A DNA stretch of 64,000 nt from Harriotta raleighana (Eukaryota). This document shows, in pieces, positions 37,191 to 48,990 of the stretch (position 1 is the stretch's first letter; every line of letters starts with the position of its first letter). The stretch is taken from NCBI GenBank assembly GCA_050575255.1, contig JBNZDD010013730.1, positions 2,768,503 through 2,832,502 on the forward strand, in the 5' to 3' direction. Below the pieces are notes generated by a model, which ran no database searches, was not told the origin of the DNA, and saw only the letters and a program-made list of their open reading frames with translations. The translations under genes were made by a program, and so were the position numbers.

Positions 37191-37349
37191 CCCCCTTCTG
37201 AAGTTCTTGAAAGAAGGAATTCTGGGTTTCACTGTCTTTATCTCATTCACACAGTAAGACAGTGGATCCCGAGAGAACTTGGGAGACTGAAGCCCATAAG
37301 AAACAAATAATGAGCAAGAACTGGTTGGGGAAACGAAAGGGAGCGGTGG
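37191..37349 (-). CDS. FNBP1L: FNBP1L 159-nt cassette exon
   Basis: catcag|CCA...GGG|gtaagt, 53 codons; ...DPLSYCVNEIKTVKPRIPSFKNFRRG vs recalled human EPVHYCMNEIKTGKPRIPSFRSLKRG. Confidence 0.9.
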
Positions 37350-38144
37350 CTGATGTAAATAAAAAACTTTTTAAAAATTCAATGGTTTGATATTGGCAGT
37401 CCCATCGGTGATACGTTTACATGCACTGCGATTACAATGCAATTGTTTCTGGGTTATTTTGGAGAAGAAAAAAAAATCACTATTAAACAATTTAGAAATT
37501 AATGAGACAAGGAACAAGATAGAAAGGCACAAGGTAAATGGTGCTGTTTGTTCACGGCATTGCTGTATTTGGCTAGTTTGCCCAACAATACAAAATTACA
37601 TTTGTACAGAGCCTTTCACGTCAGGAGGACGTCCCAAACCACTCGACAGTCAGGGATTATTTCACTCAACAGCAGTGAAGTTCAACCAAGTTACCACCAA
37701 CCAAATTAAAATATCAAAGGACCGCATGGTATGTCATACACTGTTGCATTCACAAAGGAAAACTGGTTAGGTTTGTTTGTACATAAATCAAAGCTATGTC
37801 CTGAAGAATCTCAGTCAGAATAACATGCAGATCGCCACTAGATCATTTATACTGGTAAACAAAATGAATCAATTCTTGTCCCATTGACATAAGTGAAAAT
37901 CTACATCGGTTGAAACTCAAGAAAACCAGAAACAATCTACTTTCAATGAACAGGGGGGAAAAAAAATGAATGGATTAGAACTAAATTTTAACTGCAGAAA
38001 ACAACTGAATGAAAAGTATTCTTATTTATGAAAATCAATATTCATTTGAATTGTGGTGAGGACGAGTGGTTTTAGATGAGTCACTTTGCTATAATTTTAG
38101 AAAGAGTTGGTTCTCTTAACAAACAAACAAACAAACCACTTTAC

Positions 38145-38345
38145 CTTGTTTTTCTTCCCAAAGAGCCATAGTTTTCCCTTGGATTTCCCCACCGTGTGTT
38201 TCTGGTCGGCTCTTATTTCGTTTTTTTGTGCACTCAGACTACCATCCGACACTGTCCTATAAATGTTCTGACTGAAGTCTTCAAATGGGAAATCTCCAGG
38301 TGTTTCAAAGCCCGATTTAAAAGATTCTATCACTATCTGGCTGTC
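38145..38345 (-). CDS. FNBP1L: FNBP1L exon 9
   Basis: tcacag|GAC...AAG|gtaaag, 201 nt; [26 protein letters not shown]...[12 protein letters not shown]. Confidence 0.96.
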
Positions 38346-38370
38346 CTGTGAAGGCAATTGTTCAAGTTAA

Positions 38371-38709
38371 ATAATAATAATAATAATAATCCTTGCATTT
38401 GACATAGCGCTTTTCACATTTTATCAACGTCCCAAAGTGCTTCACAGAATATACTGTAAAGTGAATTGACTGTAAATTTGTGAGCAGAACCCGGCAGCCA
38501 ATTGCGCACAGCAGTGTCCCACAAACAATCGTGGAATGATATGACCAATTTTATTATATATATTTTTTTTTGGAGGGATTATTATTAGGCGTGTGGAGTA
38601 AGGAAACTTGCCCAAGATTTCGCCCTGATCTGCCTGGATTCGAACACAGGTCTCATGCTTGTAAGGCATGTAAGGTGAGTGCTCTAACCACTGAGCCACA
38701 GGATCTCCA
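38371..38709 (-). mobile_element. Full-length Deu-core SINE, next to an L2 tail at 38742-38915
   Basis: (ATT)n tail ends about 25 nt before the exon 9 acceptor; small internal duplication TGTAAGGCATGTAAGG in the head. Confidence 0.85.
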
Positions 38710-39712
38710 TACATCTTAACCAACATTCAACAATGACAATACAATTACATTTGTACAGCGCAGTTCACATCAGGAGGTCGTCCCAAGGCGCTGGGACATT
38801 TACTGCTTCAGACCCGAGCTGAGAGCGGGGGGGAGGGGGAGGATAAGGAGTTGCCAATGGGTCCATCGAAGAGGAGAGTCCTGAGGTGAGATTTGAAGGA
38901 GGCCAGCGAGTGGGTGAGGAAAAAAAAAAGGAAAACACACAAAAAAAGTTTTTGGTGCAACAGCAGAACTTGATGTAAATAAAACATAGAACTTTGGTCA
39001 CACTTGTCAACAGGTAATGCGAGGAAAGCCCTTTTAATTTCTATTGGTAAACGTTAAGAGGATAGACGGCTTCTTATCTCAGCCAATGGTCAAAGGTAAA
39101 GACACTGAGGACTTTTGCTCCTTGATTTTCCTTGCTAAACTGGAGAGGGGAATACAAATTCACCCATCTGTCTCTTGCTGATAAAAGGACATCTCGACAA
39201 CTAATCCACTCAGCCCTAGATAATTGTATAACCTTTATTGCCTGATTTCTAAAGTAGAAAAAGGATTAGACTTAAGTGAGACAGCATTAAAATGACTTTT
39301 TAAAAAAAAAATAGCTATTAGTCAATTTTTTAAATTATAATTTTGTCTTTTCTATTTCACCTCCCTTATCCTTTGTAGCTTTAAAAATCCACATTTCAAA
39401 GGAAAGGGAAGCAGTCTATCTCAACCAACCATCAAGCCTTGCTGTAATGATCAGATTCAACTGAAAACAAAGTGCTTCTTTTTCATTCACGAATATTTTC
39501 TATACGGTATTGTAAATGTTCTGAGACCTTCTTTCACTTTACCAAATCCAAACATCAACATCTCCCTCCCAATACAGCCAAGAAACAAAGTAAAAAAACA
39601 AGAAAAATTAAGAAAATGTATATGCATTGCTTATTTCTGCTGGAAAGTATCCCCTCCAGTATTTTGTGTCCCCAAGAGATTATCATTCTCCTCAGCCTTA
39701 CATAATACTTAC

Positions 39713-39859
39713 TTTACGTTCATCCACAGATTTTGCTGCTTGGATCATTCCTTCTAAACATTTATTAATGATCGGAATAACTCTACGCTCAGCCTCAGCA
39801 AAGTATCTGTAACACTCAGCTAGCTTTTCAGTTTTTCGTTCATCCATGGCTTGTAGATT
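39713..39859 (-). CDS. FNBP1L: FNBP1L exon 8, F-BAR
   Basis: ttacag|AAT...AAA|gtaagt, 147 nt; NLQAMDERKTEKLAECYRYFAEAERRVIPIINKCLEGMIQAAKSVDERK. Confidence 0.95.
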
Positions 39860-40031
39860 CTGTAAAACAGCAATGTCAATTTAGAACGTACGGTAAACCA
39901 ACTCCATTAAAATTTAGTTTTAGCTTGCCTACCACTTAGAACACACACATTTCAAAATATTTGAGTTATTTTATAAATCCATCCATCCCCTCCCATGCAA
40001 ATCTAATGAAGGTAATTTAAAAGGAAGTTAC

Positions 40032-40160
40032 CTTAAAAACTTGAGGCATGATGAACTGGAAATGCTTTTGTTGTTCACTGTTGAAATGTTGTAGCTGAGC
40101 AGCATATTCATTTTTACATTCATCAGCCGTATGGGTACGCACGTGTAACTGTTGTTTAGC
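40032..40160 (-). CDS. FNBP1L: FNBP1L exon 7, F-BAR
   Basis: cccaag|GCT...AAG|gtaact, 129 nt; AKQQLHVRTHTADECKNEYAAQLQHFNSEQQKHFQFIMPQVFK. Confidence 0.95.
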
Positions 40161-40471
40161 CTTGGGAATCAAAAAGTAAAAACACTCAATCTATTTTCTA
40201 TCTCAAAACTACATTTCTCACAATTCTTTCCTTTTATTTTGCTGTCATCCAATTACCGTAAACTCCAGATAACTTCACCCTGCCTTAACCTGTCTCTATC
40301 ACTTCAGTCCACATGCTGTCAATATCCTGGCTGCATTGTTTTTTTTTATTAATACCTATGCCTAACTTGGCACTGGCCCCTTTTCCCGCGGTGTGACGAG
40401 TTATCATGGATTTACTGTAATCCCTTTCAGCTGAAGATCACAAGACGAGAGTAGCTCTACTGGGTTCGGCC

Positions 40472-40697
40472 TCCTCCTCGCCACCCGAATCCGAAGCTTT
40501 GGAACTCCTTCCCTCAACCCCCACTTCACCATCTTCAGGTCGCTCCTGAAGACCTTTCACTTCAACCACGCGTAGGATCACCATCCCTTATGATTCCTTC
40601 TCCCCTTGGCTCGGTCTCGGGCTCCGACATTATGAAGCACTCTGAGACGCCGCCCGCTGTGGAGGGCGCTATATAAATGCAAGTTGTTGTTGTAGTT
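40472..40697 (+). mobile_element. L2 LINE 3' fragment, second tail subfamily
   Basis: TGGAACTCCTTCCC...AAGACCTTTCACTTCAACC, tail CTCTGAGACGCCGCCCGCTGTGGAGGGCGCTATATAAATG(GTT)n; same tail at 3855-3926, 32480-32541, 36641-36705. Confidence 0.72.
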
Positions 40698-41117
40698 GAA
40701 GCTTTTCCAGAACAATTTTATCCTTTTTGAGACATGATCCAAGTATTGATTTTTAAAAATCAATTTTTAATACCCAAATAATAGCTTCGATTTGCAAATG
40801 ATCCATCTGTGTTTCACATCTGGTATCAACTAATGAAATTCAAATGCGCTTATGACAAATTAAAGGGTCAAGTGGGATCAGGATTCTAAATCGCACAGAA
40901 CACAAATGGAAGATGTGGAATATGGAAAGTAGTCATTCCACACCCTCACACTCTGTGTTCATATTTGTCATTTCAATTTTGTTAAAACTATGAAATTTGT
41001 TCCCTCGTGTTCAATCCATTCAGCAAAGAAAATGGTAAAAACATGTAAATCTGAATTCCAATTTTGAAATAGTTTCAGACAGAAACAAAGCATTTGTAGG
41101 ACTGTTAAGATTCCAAC

Positions 41118-41222
41118 CTTCTCAACATCTGCTTTTGTCGCATTGTGATCAGTGTCTAGTTTTTCAAAACTTAATTGTGCCTTTTCAGTTTCCTTGCATT
41201 CTCGTTCAAACTTCCTTTTACT
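41118..41222 (-). CDS. FNBP1L: FNBP1L exon 6, F-BAR
   Basis: tttcag|AGT...AAG|gttgga, 105 nt; [35 protein letters not shown]. Confidence 0.95.
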
Positions 41223-42081
41223 CTGAAAGAAAAAGTAAAAACAAAGTTTGACTACAAAATTCCTCAAAATTAAAGCTTGAAATCAACAATCAAAATCTGT
41301 TTTCAATCCTTTTGTGTACACATGATAGTTGTTAATTATTAACGAATAGCAAAGAATGTAGAACATGTCTTAGTAAAAATATTTTAATAAAGCAAGAATG
41401 CTAAACAATTTAAATTATGCGTGGCTTAGGCACATGCTCCGTTATTAAAAATAAGACAAGCCAAATAACGAAACCTTATATTTAACATTAGGGGCTTAAG
41501 AGTTGAGCCAAAATGCCACAACATCAGCTATCTGATGATTTTGATGCTGCTGGCTTCCTTGATGTGACCTGTATTCATTTAAAGCCATCTTGAAAATCCA
41601 ATGTATTATTATTTTCCTTCTTGTACAAAGTAAGAAACGCAAGGTAGTAATTTACTGTAAATACATTAACATGAAATATAAACACTATGAAATGTGAAAT
41701 AGTTAGAATAGTTTCTTGACTATGTTTACCAACATAATTCTCCAAGAAACTCCAAATTATTTGCTATTATAATTGCCTAGTATACTCCTCAGCAGTACAT
41801 GCTTTCACTTGATCAAATGATGTGGACATTTCTATGTGCAACTACTGTATGGCTTCCTGAAGACTTTGTGCTTTCCATTTCCTTTAAGGTATTTTCAGCC
41901 AATACAAATTACCTAAGTTTGGAAATACTTAAACGTCAGTTAAAAAGATGGGAAGCAAGTGTTGGAATACCGTATACAAGTCAGCATATTTCTCTTGCAG
42001 GAATTCGAATAGCTGAAGCTCAATACATAAAGTGTGTACATAAATACTGTAGAGAAACAACAACAAAAAATGGAAATTTAC

Positions 42082-42144
42082 ATTATCCATCTGTTTCCAG
42101 CAGGAATCAAGATACTGCTGTGCCTTGCGACCTTCCTGAAGATG
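42082..42144 (-). CDS. FNBP1L: FNBP1L exon 5, F-BAR
   Basis: tgacag|CAT...AAT|gtaaat, 63 nt; HLQEGRKAQQYLDSCWKQMDN. Confidence 0.95.
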
Positions 42145-42706
42145 CTGTCAAAAAGAAATAAGTGAGGTTAGCCTCCATATGCAATTTGTTCTAGGTCTAC
42201 CGCACTTCCATGCGACGACACCTCTGATTGCCTAGATTAAGTTTAAACTTTTAGAATCATATTTTCCTTCAGTACTTCACTTTAGATTGATTTCAAGTGA
42301 ACTGCAGAATATCATTACTTAAGGAATGTTTAATGCACCCAAGGGAGGAAGCAGGAGGCTGACCTAAATTAATCATTCACCACATTTTTGTTATATCATA
42401 AGTTTGCTTTTGTTCTGTCAATAATACATTTTCTAACTTCATAACAACTCAAGACACTGAAAGGGAAAAAAAAAAATATTGAATAGTAAATCTATTTAAT
42501 GTGGATTTAATTAGATAAATGTATAATTAATTTTAGAATTTCTGTAAACTCAAGATGGACAAGACTGGCAAATCTTTGTAGTGGATAGTATTGTATGAAT
42601 TTATTCATAAATTCAAAATGTTAAAAATCTAAGAGCACCTAAATCATATAGAGATTCTGAATTCACTAGTCAAAAGACAAATAAGAGAATATGATTTAGA
42701 TCTTTA

Positions 42707-43026
42707 TTAATCCTTGCATTTGATATTTGATATACTGCTTTTCATGTCTTCCAGACGTCTTAAATCACTTCACAGCATATACTGTAAAGAGAATTGACTG
42801 TATATTTGTGGGCGAAACACGGCAGCCAATTGCGCACAGTTGTATCCCACAAATAGTCACGGATTGAAATTACCAATTTCTTATTGTTTGGGAGGGGGTT
42901 TTCTTGAAGGAATATTATCAGGGGTGTGGATTAAAGAAACTTGCCCAAAGTTTCACCTTGCCTGGAATCGAACCCAAATCTCGCTTGTAATGCGAGTGCT
43001 CTAACCATTAAGCTACAGGACTCCAC
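42707..43026 (-). mobile_element. Full-length Deu-core SINE
   Basis: Matches the family. Confidence 0.85.
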
Positions 43027-44533
43027 AAGACTCCTTTAAAACACAAGAGATATCATTAACAGATATCAGTATCTTATTTTTTTTAAACTATATATTGTAA
43101 TACTAGAGAACAAGAGTACCAATTGCTGATAAGAAACCAATATTTTCTTCACCCTCCATCCAACCCGACCACCCCCCCCACACTACACACACGCACGCAC
43201 ACAAGGAATTAAATAAATAGCCAGCAAAGCAGTTAATCCTGTCAATTAACTGTTGGCGGGAAGAAAAAAATTGAATAAGCATCTGTTTAAGAACATTTAA
43301 GGTTAGAAAGATAAGCACAGACACAAATGGTCAAATATTGTGTAGGGAATATGATGGTTTCATGCACCACTGGAACTGGTGGGAAGCAACGTGTCAGAAT
43401 TAAGGATTGGTTTAAAGGCTGAATTAATATACTCGAGTTTTACTTTATTATCCTTTGGAATCAGGGAAGACATTTCACAGAGGTTTGGGGACGTTTACCT
43501 ATGGTTGTTTGCCTTCCTCAACAGATTGAGGGGTTGGAGCAAAGTCCATGATACAGCAGATTGTACATGGTCTGCAGAGAGAATAGTCTTAATGGCTTTT
43601 CTCTTTTTCCATGCTTGCTTAAAGTAGTTGCTCTTGCACAAAACACAAAGAGGTTTGGAATGTAGATGTTTTGATGCAGGTTAAAAACTAAGTATTCCCT
43701 AAATTTTCAGTCTGTTGAATCGGGGGGGTTTAGAATCTTCAATCTGTTTGGTTGTGGATGTCTTTATTGCAGCACGAATATTTCACGTTTAAATCACCTT
43801 TTAAAGTCATTTCTGTAGGGGTCTTCTCAAGGATCACACAGATAGTTATTAAACCGTAAAGGCATCAGTTGGAGCACTATTCACCCAGAATTTGTTAAGC
43901 TATACCTCCAAAACTATTTTTTTTTCCATCTGTATAGAGCTTTTCACATTGCAAGGACATCCAAAAGAGCTTAGTGGAACGGGCTGGGCACTCACATTGC
44001 GGGGCAGGAGCAGGAAAGGTGAACAAAAATGGCATCCAACGGAAGTGCCTGTTGTTGTTTTTTCCCGGAACCCACAATGGCGAAAGTCACCAAACTTAGC
44101 ACATTCTGCTGAGGATATTCAATAGCTAACCATGAATGAGTCAAAACCACATAAGGAATGCTGATGACTCAAATCGGGGGGGCGGGGGGGGGGTTTAGAA
44201 TCTTCAACACCAAATGATATTCCACTGAGTAATCTACTTTCCTTCATAATCAAAAACATCTCTTTAGCAGCAGGCTTAAAATTAAATACATCTTCTGCAG
44301 TGGTTAGCACACTATAATTGGCTCCAAAGTGCCCATCCTTAGAAGGGAAAAAACACAGATAAGAATTCCTATTTCTGATGGCTACCGGTAACCCTTGCCC
44401 AGACACTGTTCACGTGTATTCATAACTGTTGAAGCTATTTCCTGCAATGAAGTAGCCTACATACACTTAACATTTAAGTTCAAACCTAATGAATGGGAAC
44501 TCTGGCAGCGAAATTTAGGGATTTGTACAGTTT

Positions 44534-45003
44534 GAGGCTCCCCATCCCCCAGAGGATTGAATTCAAGATCCTCATCCTTACCTACAAGACCATTCACGGC
44601 CTTGCTCCCTCCTACCTCTCCGACCTACTATCCCCCTATCTACCTGCCCGTATTCCCCGTTCCTCTGGCTCTGGTCTGCTCCACGTCCCCTGCCCTAACC
44701 GTCCTACCATTGGCGGCCGGGCTTTCAGCCACTCAGCCCCCAGGCTCTGGAACTCCATCCCCCAGTGCCTTCGCCTCGCTTCCTCCCTTTCCTCATTCAA
44801 GGCCGGTCTCAAGACCTTTCTCTTCGACCGTGCCTTCAGCTCCTCTCTCGAGTCTCTACCCCCTCCTTGCTCCCACCCTCCCCCCCCACCCCCTCGCCCG
44901 GAACATTTCCCCCTGCTCGGATCTTAAACCAACTGTCCAGCACCTTGGGACGTCCTCCTGACATGAAACGCGCTCTATAAATGCAATTTTGTTGTTGTTG
45001 TTG
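44534..45003 (+). mobile_element. L2 LINE 3' fragment (young)
   Basis: [31 protein letters not shown]...; about 12 mismatches over about 327 nt to the reverse complement of the copy at 30785. Confidence 0.9.
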
Positions 45004-45497
45004 TACTACTTTCAGAGCAGTAAACAATTGTCTATAAAAATCTGCTTGTCAATCACTCGCGGTGATTTTTGTAAATGTGAAGGACTTTTTAATGCTATTC
45101 ACCATTAGGGTTTGGGTTTCCTTTAACATTTCAAAGATGTGCAGCCACCATACAGATAATTCTTCAAACAACAAGACATTGTAAACAACCAACAAACTTT
45201 AAAACCTCCCATTTAGAATAACTTAATTGTTGGTCAGTTAGTGAATTCTTTCAACTCTGAGCTGTAAGATGCAAACTTCTTTAAATGTCAAGTTAAATAA
45301 AGTTTGCACTTCCATCTGAAATATGGACTGTCACAGCTTTTATTTAAAAACAGGTTGAAAAAAACATGTACTTTAATACATTAATCTGGTGACTGGGCTG
45401 CTGCCACCTGGAAACTCAGTAAGCACTTTGTGTCCCCAAAATACATAGACAAGGAAAAATTGAGAAAATTAAGCAAAAGATATAGAGGAATACTTAC

Positions 45498-45645
45498 TGT
45501 TTTCCGTTCCATTTTGAGATCATGAGAATACCTCATGAGTTCTCCATAGACACTGTGGCCTATCTCTTCAGCAACAACTTCACGCTGACCTGCATAGTCA
45601 TTGAGCTCATTGAGAACATGAAAGAAGGCTTGACAAGTAGTGAAC
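45498..45645 (-). CDS. FNBP1L: FNBP1L exon 4, F-BAR
   Basis: ctgcag|G...ACA|gtaagt, 148 nt; FTTCQAFFHVLNELNDYAGQREVVAEEIGHSVYGELMRYSHDLKMERKT. Confidence 0.96.
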
Positions 45646-46224
45646 CTGCAGAAACAGGAATAATTAAGTGATAAAAGCAAAGCGCAATTCTCTTTATTAC
45701 AGAACTGGTACAGATTTGTACAAAAATCAAGAAGAATCGAAAACTGAATTCAGCCAGATTTGAATAATTCTGTTAAGGATAATAACTAAGTTTCATAATC
45801 CCTTATATTGCATTTGTCACTGGAGAAATTATGGAAAATAATTTATTGCAATTAATTTTTGTTTGAAATTAAACTCATTGCTCCAATTCACCAATTGAGT
45901 TTGTTCACAATATTATGGTTTAGCAAAAATAATTTGGGATGTCAACACTTTCTCTACATAAAACATTCCTGATTAAATAGTTAATTCAATTGTGAAAAAC
46001 TGAATTGAATTTGTGGACTGAAATGTGAAACTAAAATACCGCACTACCAAAAAATAGTTCTTCCCCGTTTTAAAAATATTTTACTTAAAGCAATGAAGGT
46101 TAATTTCTTGAATTAATTTTACCCAAAAGGTTAGCTACCAGTCTTAATAAAAACAATCAAAAATTTCTATATACGAGTGTCTTTGTTGCAAAAAATGTTT
46201 TATTTGGTCATCGCTGGTCTTTAC

Positions 46225-46278
46225 CTGGGTTCCTCATCTTTGTTGGAACGCTTGGGAAAGTATTTCTTATACAGATTT
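46225..46278 (-). CDS. FNBP1L: FNBP1L exon 3
   Basis: ctgtag|A...AG|gtaaag, 54 nt; NLYKKYFPKRSNKDEEPR. Confidence 0.93.
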
Positions 46279-47949
46279 CTACAGAGGCAAAAAAACATAT
46301 ATCTTAAAATACATCTCTACAAACCAGTGTTGAAAGTATTATCGCTTTGCATCAAACCCGAATAAATCAACTACAGACAAAATCTGTGCATCCCAGAAAC
46401 TGAAAAGATGGTTATTGCCAAATAGGGAAGAAAAACATACTTGCAAATCCTACAAGCTTGTCACAAGTCAGAAATACATTTCAAGCTAGTCAACTTTTAA
46501 AACCAAGAAATGTTTTAATAAGATAGTACTTCTAGAGACTGTTCCAAGAAAAGAAACAATTTCCCCCCAATTTTAATGCCAGCCGCCTGTTTGCTATGCA
46601 GCTGTACTTCAGCTTTAGTGCCAAGACCAAAATAATCACAGTGTGCTGCCAGTATTAATATAAAGCAACATTCTGGGTTTCCCCCTGGTAGCAATAAAAC
46701 TGCTGCTAGGGAAATTATGCTTAATCTACAACACAGACTTTGAATAGTACAGCAGACAACTCTTATTATTTGCCCTCGGATTGAAATGCTAATTTTTTTC
46801 CCACTCTTGCTACCTGCTTTAGGAGAAGGGAGATTATCTGGACTGAGACCAAGGTAAAGGAAGGAGCTAAAGATGAACTCTGCTCTTTATGGTTGGTACT
46901 ATAAAATATTTAAAATTCACTACAGCAAACAGATCTCGAAAATAAATTTCTTTCATCCACTATGATCCACAAAATTTGCAATTTTGGAGGAAAAAAAATC
47001 AAATGCAAGGGTTGTTATTTTAATCACACTTTTTTGTTACCAGCAGAATTTGTTGATCCTTCCTTCCCCCCGCAATTTTATTGAACTCAACTTCTCTATC
47101 AGAGTAGCTAAAACAAAACTCAATTCATTAGCATTCATATGGTGTTGTCGCTAAAGGTGCGAACTGTTGTGTAACTGGGCAACTGTCCACATTGTTCCAG
47201 AATGAATGATTTTATGCCACTTTGGAAAATTTTACAATCCCTTCCCCTTTCCTTTTCTTAATCTACTGATAATTCAAGCATTGCAAGCCCACAAATGTAA
47301 CCCTGAATCACCCCACAAAACAATATTTATGAATAATTGCCCCTTCCTTTCTCAACAATGAGTGAACTGTGAACCTTTGTCAAACTTATTGACCGTGAAG
47401 GACTCTGTAATGTCTATGCAATGCCAACACAGATTACGTAGACTGTGGGGGAAGACAGGCTACATCATACTAATGAGTTCCTATTTTCATCTGTATAAGC
47501 ATGGATCGTGTGGTTTTTGAGTAGAGAAATAAAATAACCGATGGTGAAGACGACTAATTTAACAAAATAAATCTGTTGCATTAAGAGTAACTAAGATGTT
47601 AATACTGAACATTTTTTTAAATGATTTTGTTTTACTAAATTAACCTGATCTAACTGATACCACAGGTACTCATTGTACAAACTCGTCATTCCAAAGTTTC
47701 TATCCATCCAAAAAGCAACTACTTAAAATAATTTCACAATTAAAAAAATTCTAGATTATATTCATAGTGTGATTTTAAGCAGAAAAATCATATTATATTA
47801 CAAATAATTACATTTAAAGACCTCTAGACAAAGACTTTTATACCTTATGGGTAATTTAGCTGCAAAGCTAAAATCTGAATTATTGTTGAAAAAAATACTG
47901 CCTCACATTTAGAGAATAAAAACAGGAAATGTTAAGGAACAAATCTTAC

Positions 47950-48065
47950 CTTAATTGTTTTGCATAGCTTTGTTCTATGTCCAGTCTCTCTTTCACAAAT
48001 TTTGAATATCTTTCCATGAAATCTATTCCCCATTGTGTGTGCTTTTCTATATTGTCAAACTGATC
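47950..48065 (-). CDS. FNBP1L: FNBP1L exon 2, FCH start (exon 1, expected MSWGTELW, not found in window)
   Basis: ttctag|GAT...AG|gtaaga, 116 nt; [39 protein letters not shown]. Confidence 0.96.
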
Positions 48066-48386
48066 CTAGAAAAAGAAAGGTTAGTCAAAAGTTAACATTG
48101 TGCGTTTAATTTAACGTGCATTCTTAAGAAACTTGGCAAATCAATTTAATGGAGGGAAAGCTCATTTACTCATTTGGAATGACGAGTTTATTATACGACT
48201 CCATGGTTAAAATGTTAAAATAAGTTAAAGAGTGTACTGTTCTAGGATTGTTTCTGCAGTAAGTCAACGGGCACAGTTGTACATTTTTAAACTCAATTTT
48301 TGGCCCTAAGCCATCTCAGTTAGAAAAGGATGAACAAATGGTAATTTTTTAGCAAACAGCAAGAAGTCACATTACCATAAATATAA

Positions 48387-48990
48387 CAATAATCCTTGCA
48401 CTCGATATTGCGCTTTTAACATCTTGTAGACAACAACAACTTCAATTTATATAGCGCCCTCCATGCCAGACAGCATCTCAGAGCACTTCACAACAACAGA
48501 TCCCGGGAGCGAGCTAGGGGCAGGGGTAGAAAGGTGACCAAAGGCACGGTCGAAGAGAAAGGTCTTTAGGTGGGACCTGAAACTGGGAAGAGAGCGGGGG
48601 CGAGGCGAAGGGAGTGAGGAAGGGAATTCCAGAGCCTGGCTGAAAGCACGGCCGCCGAGGGTGGAGCAGAGGATTCAGGGGACACAGAGGAGACCCAGTG
48701 GAGTGAAGGCAACGGGTGCTGGTTTGACTCTCAAAGCTCTTCACCGAACACACTATAAAGTGAATTGACTGCATATTTTGGGTGAGAAGTGGCAACCAAT
48801 TGCATACAGTAGTGTCCCACAAACAGTCGTGGATTGAAGTGACCAATTTATCATTTTTTTTCTTCTTTGGGGGATTATTGTCGGCATTATCAGAGTAAGG
48901 AAATGTGCCCAGTGCTTCATTCACCCAACCGGGAATCAAACCCCGTTCTCCCGCTTATGAGGCCAGTGCTCTAGCCATTGCCAGGACTCT
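48387..48990 (-). mobile_element. Deu-core SINE interrupted by an L2 3' fragment (about 48432-48725)
   Basis: SINE tail breaks at TAGAC and resumes at GACTCTCAAAG (family consensus TAGACGTCTCAAAG); insert has an (AAC)n end on + and an L2 body. Confidence 0.8.

Noticed and set aside
44493-44961. ORFs of 100-144 aa here and at 30864-31224, 48514-48939, 63234-63642
   Set aside because: L2 ORF2 C-terminal remnants, not host genes.
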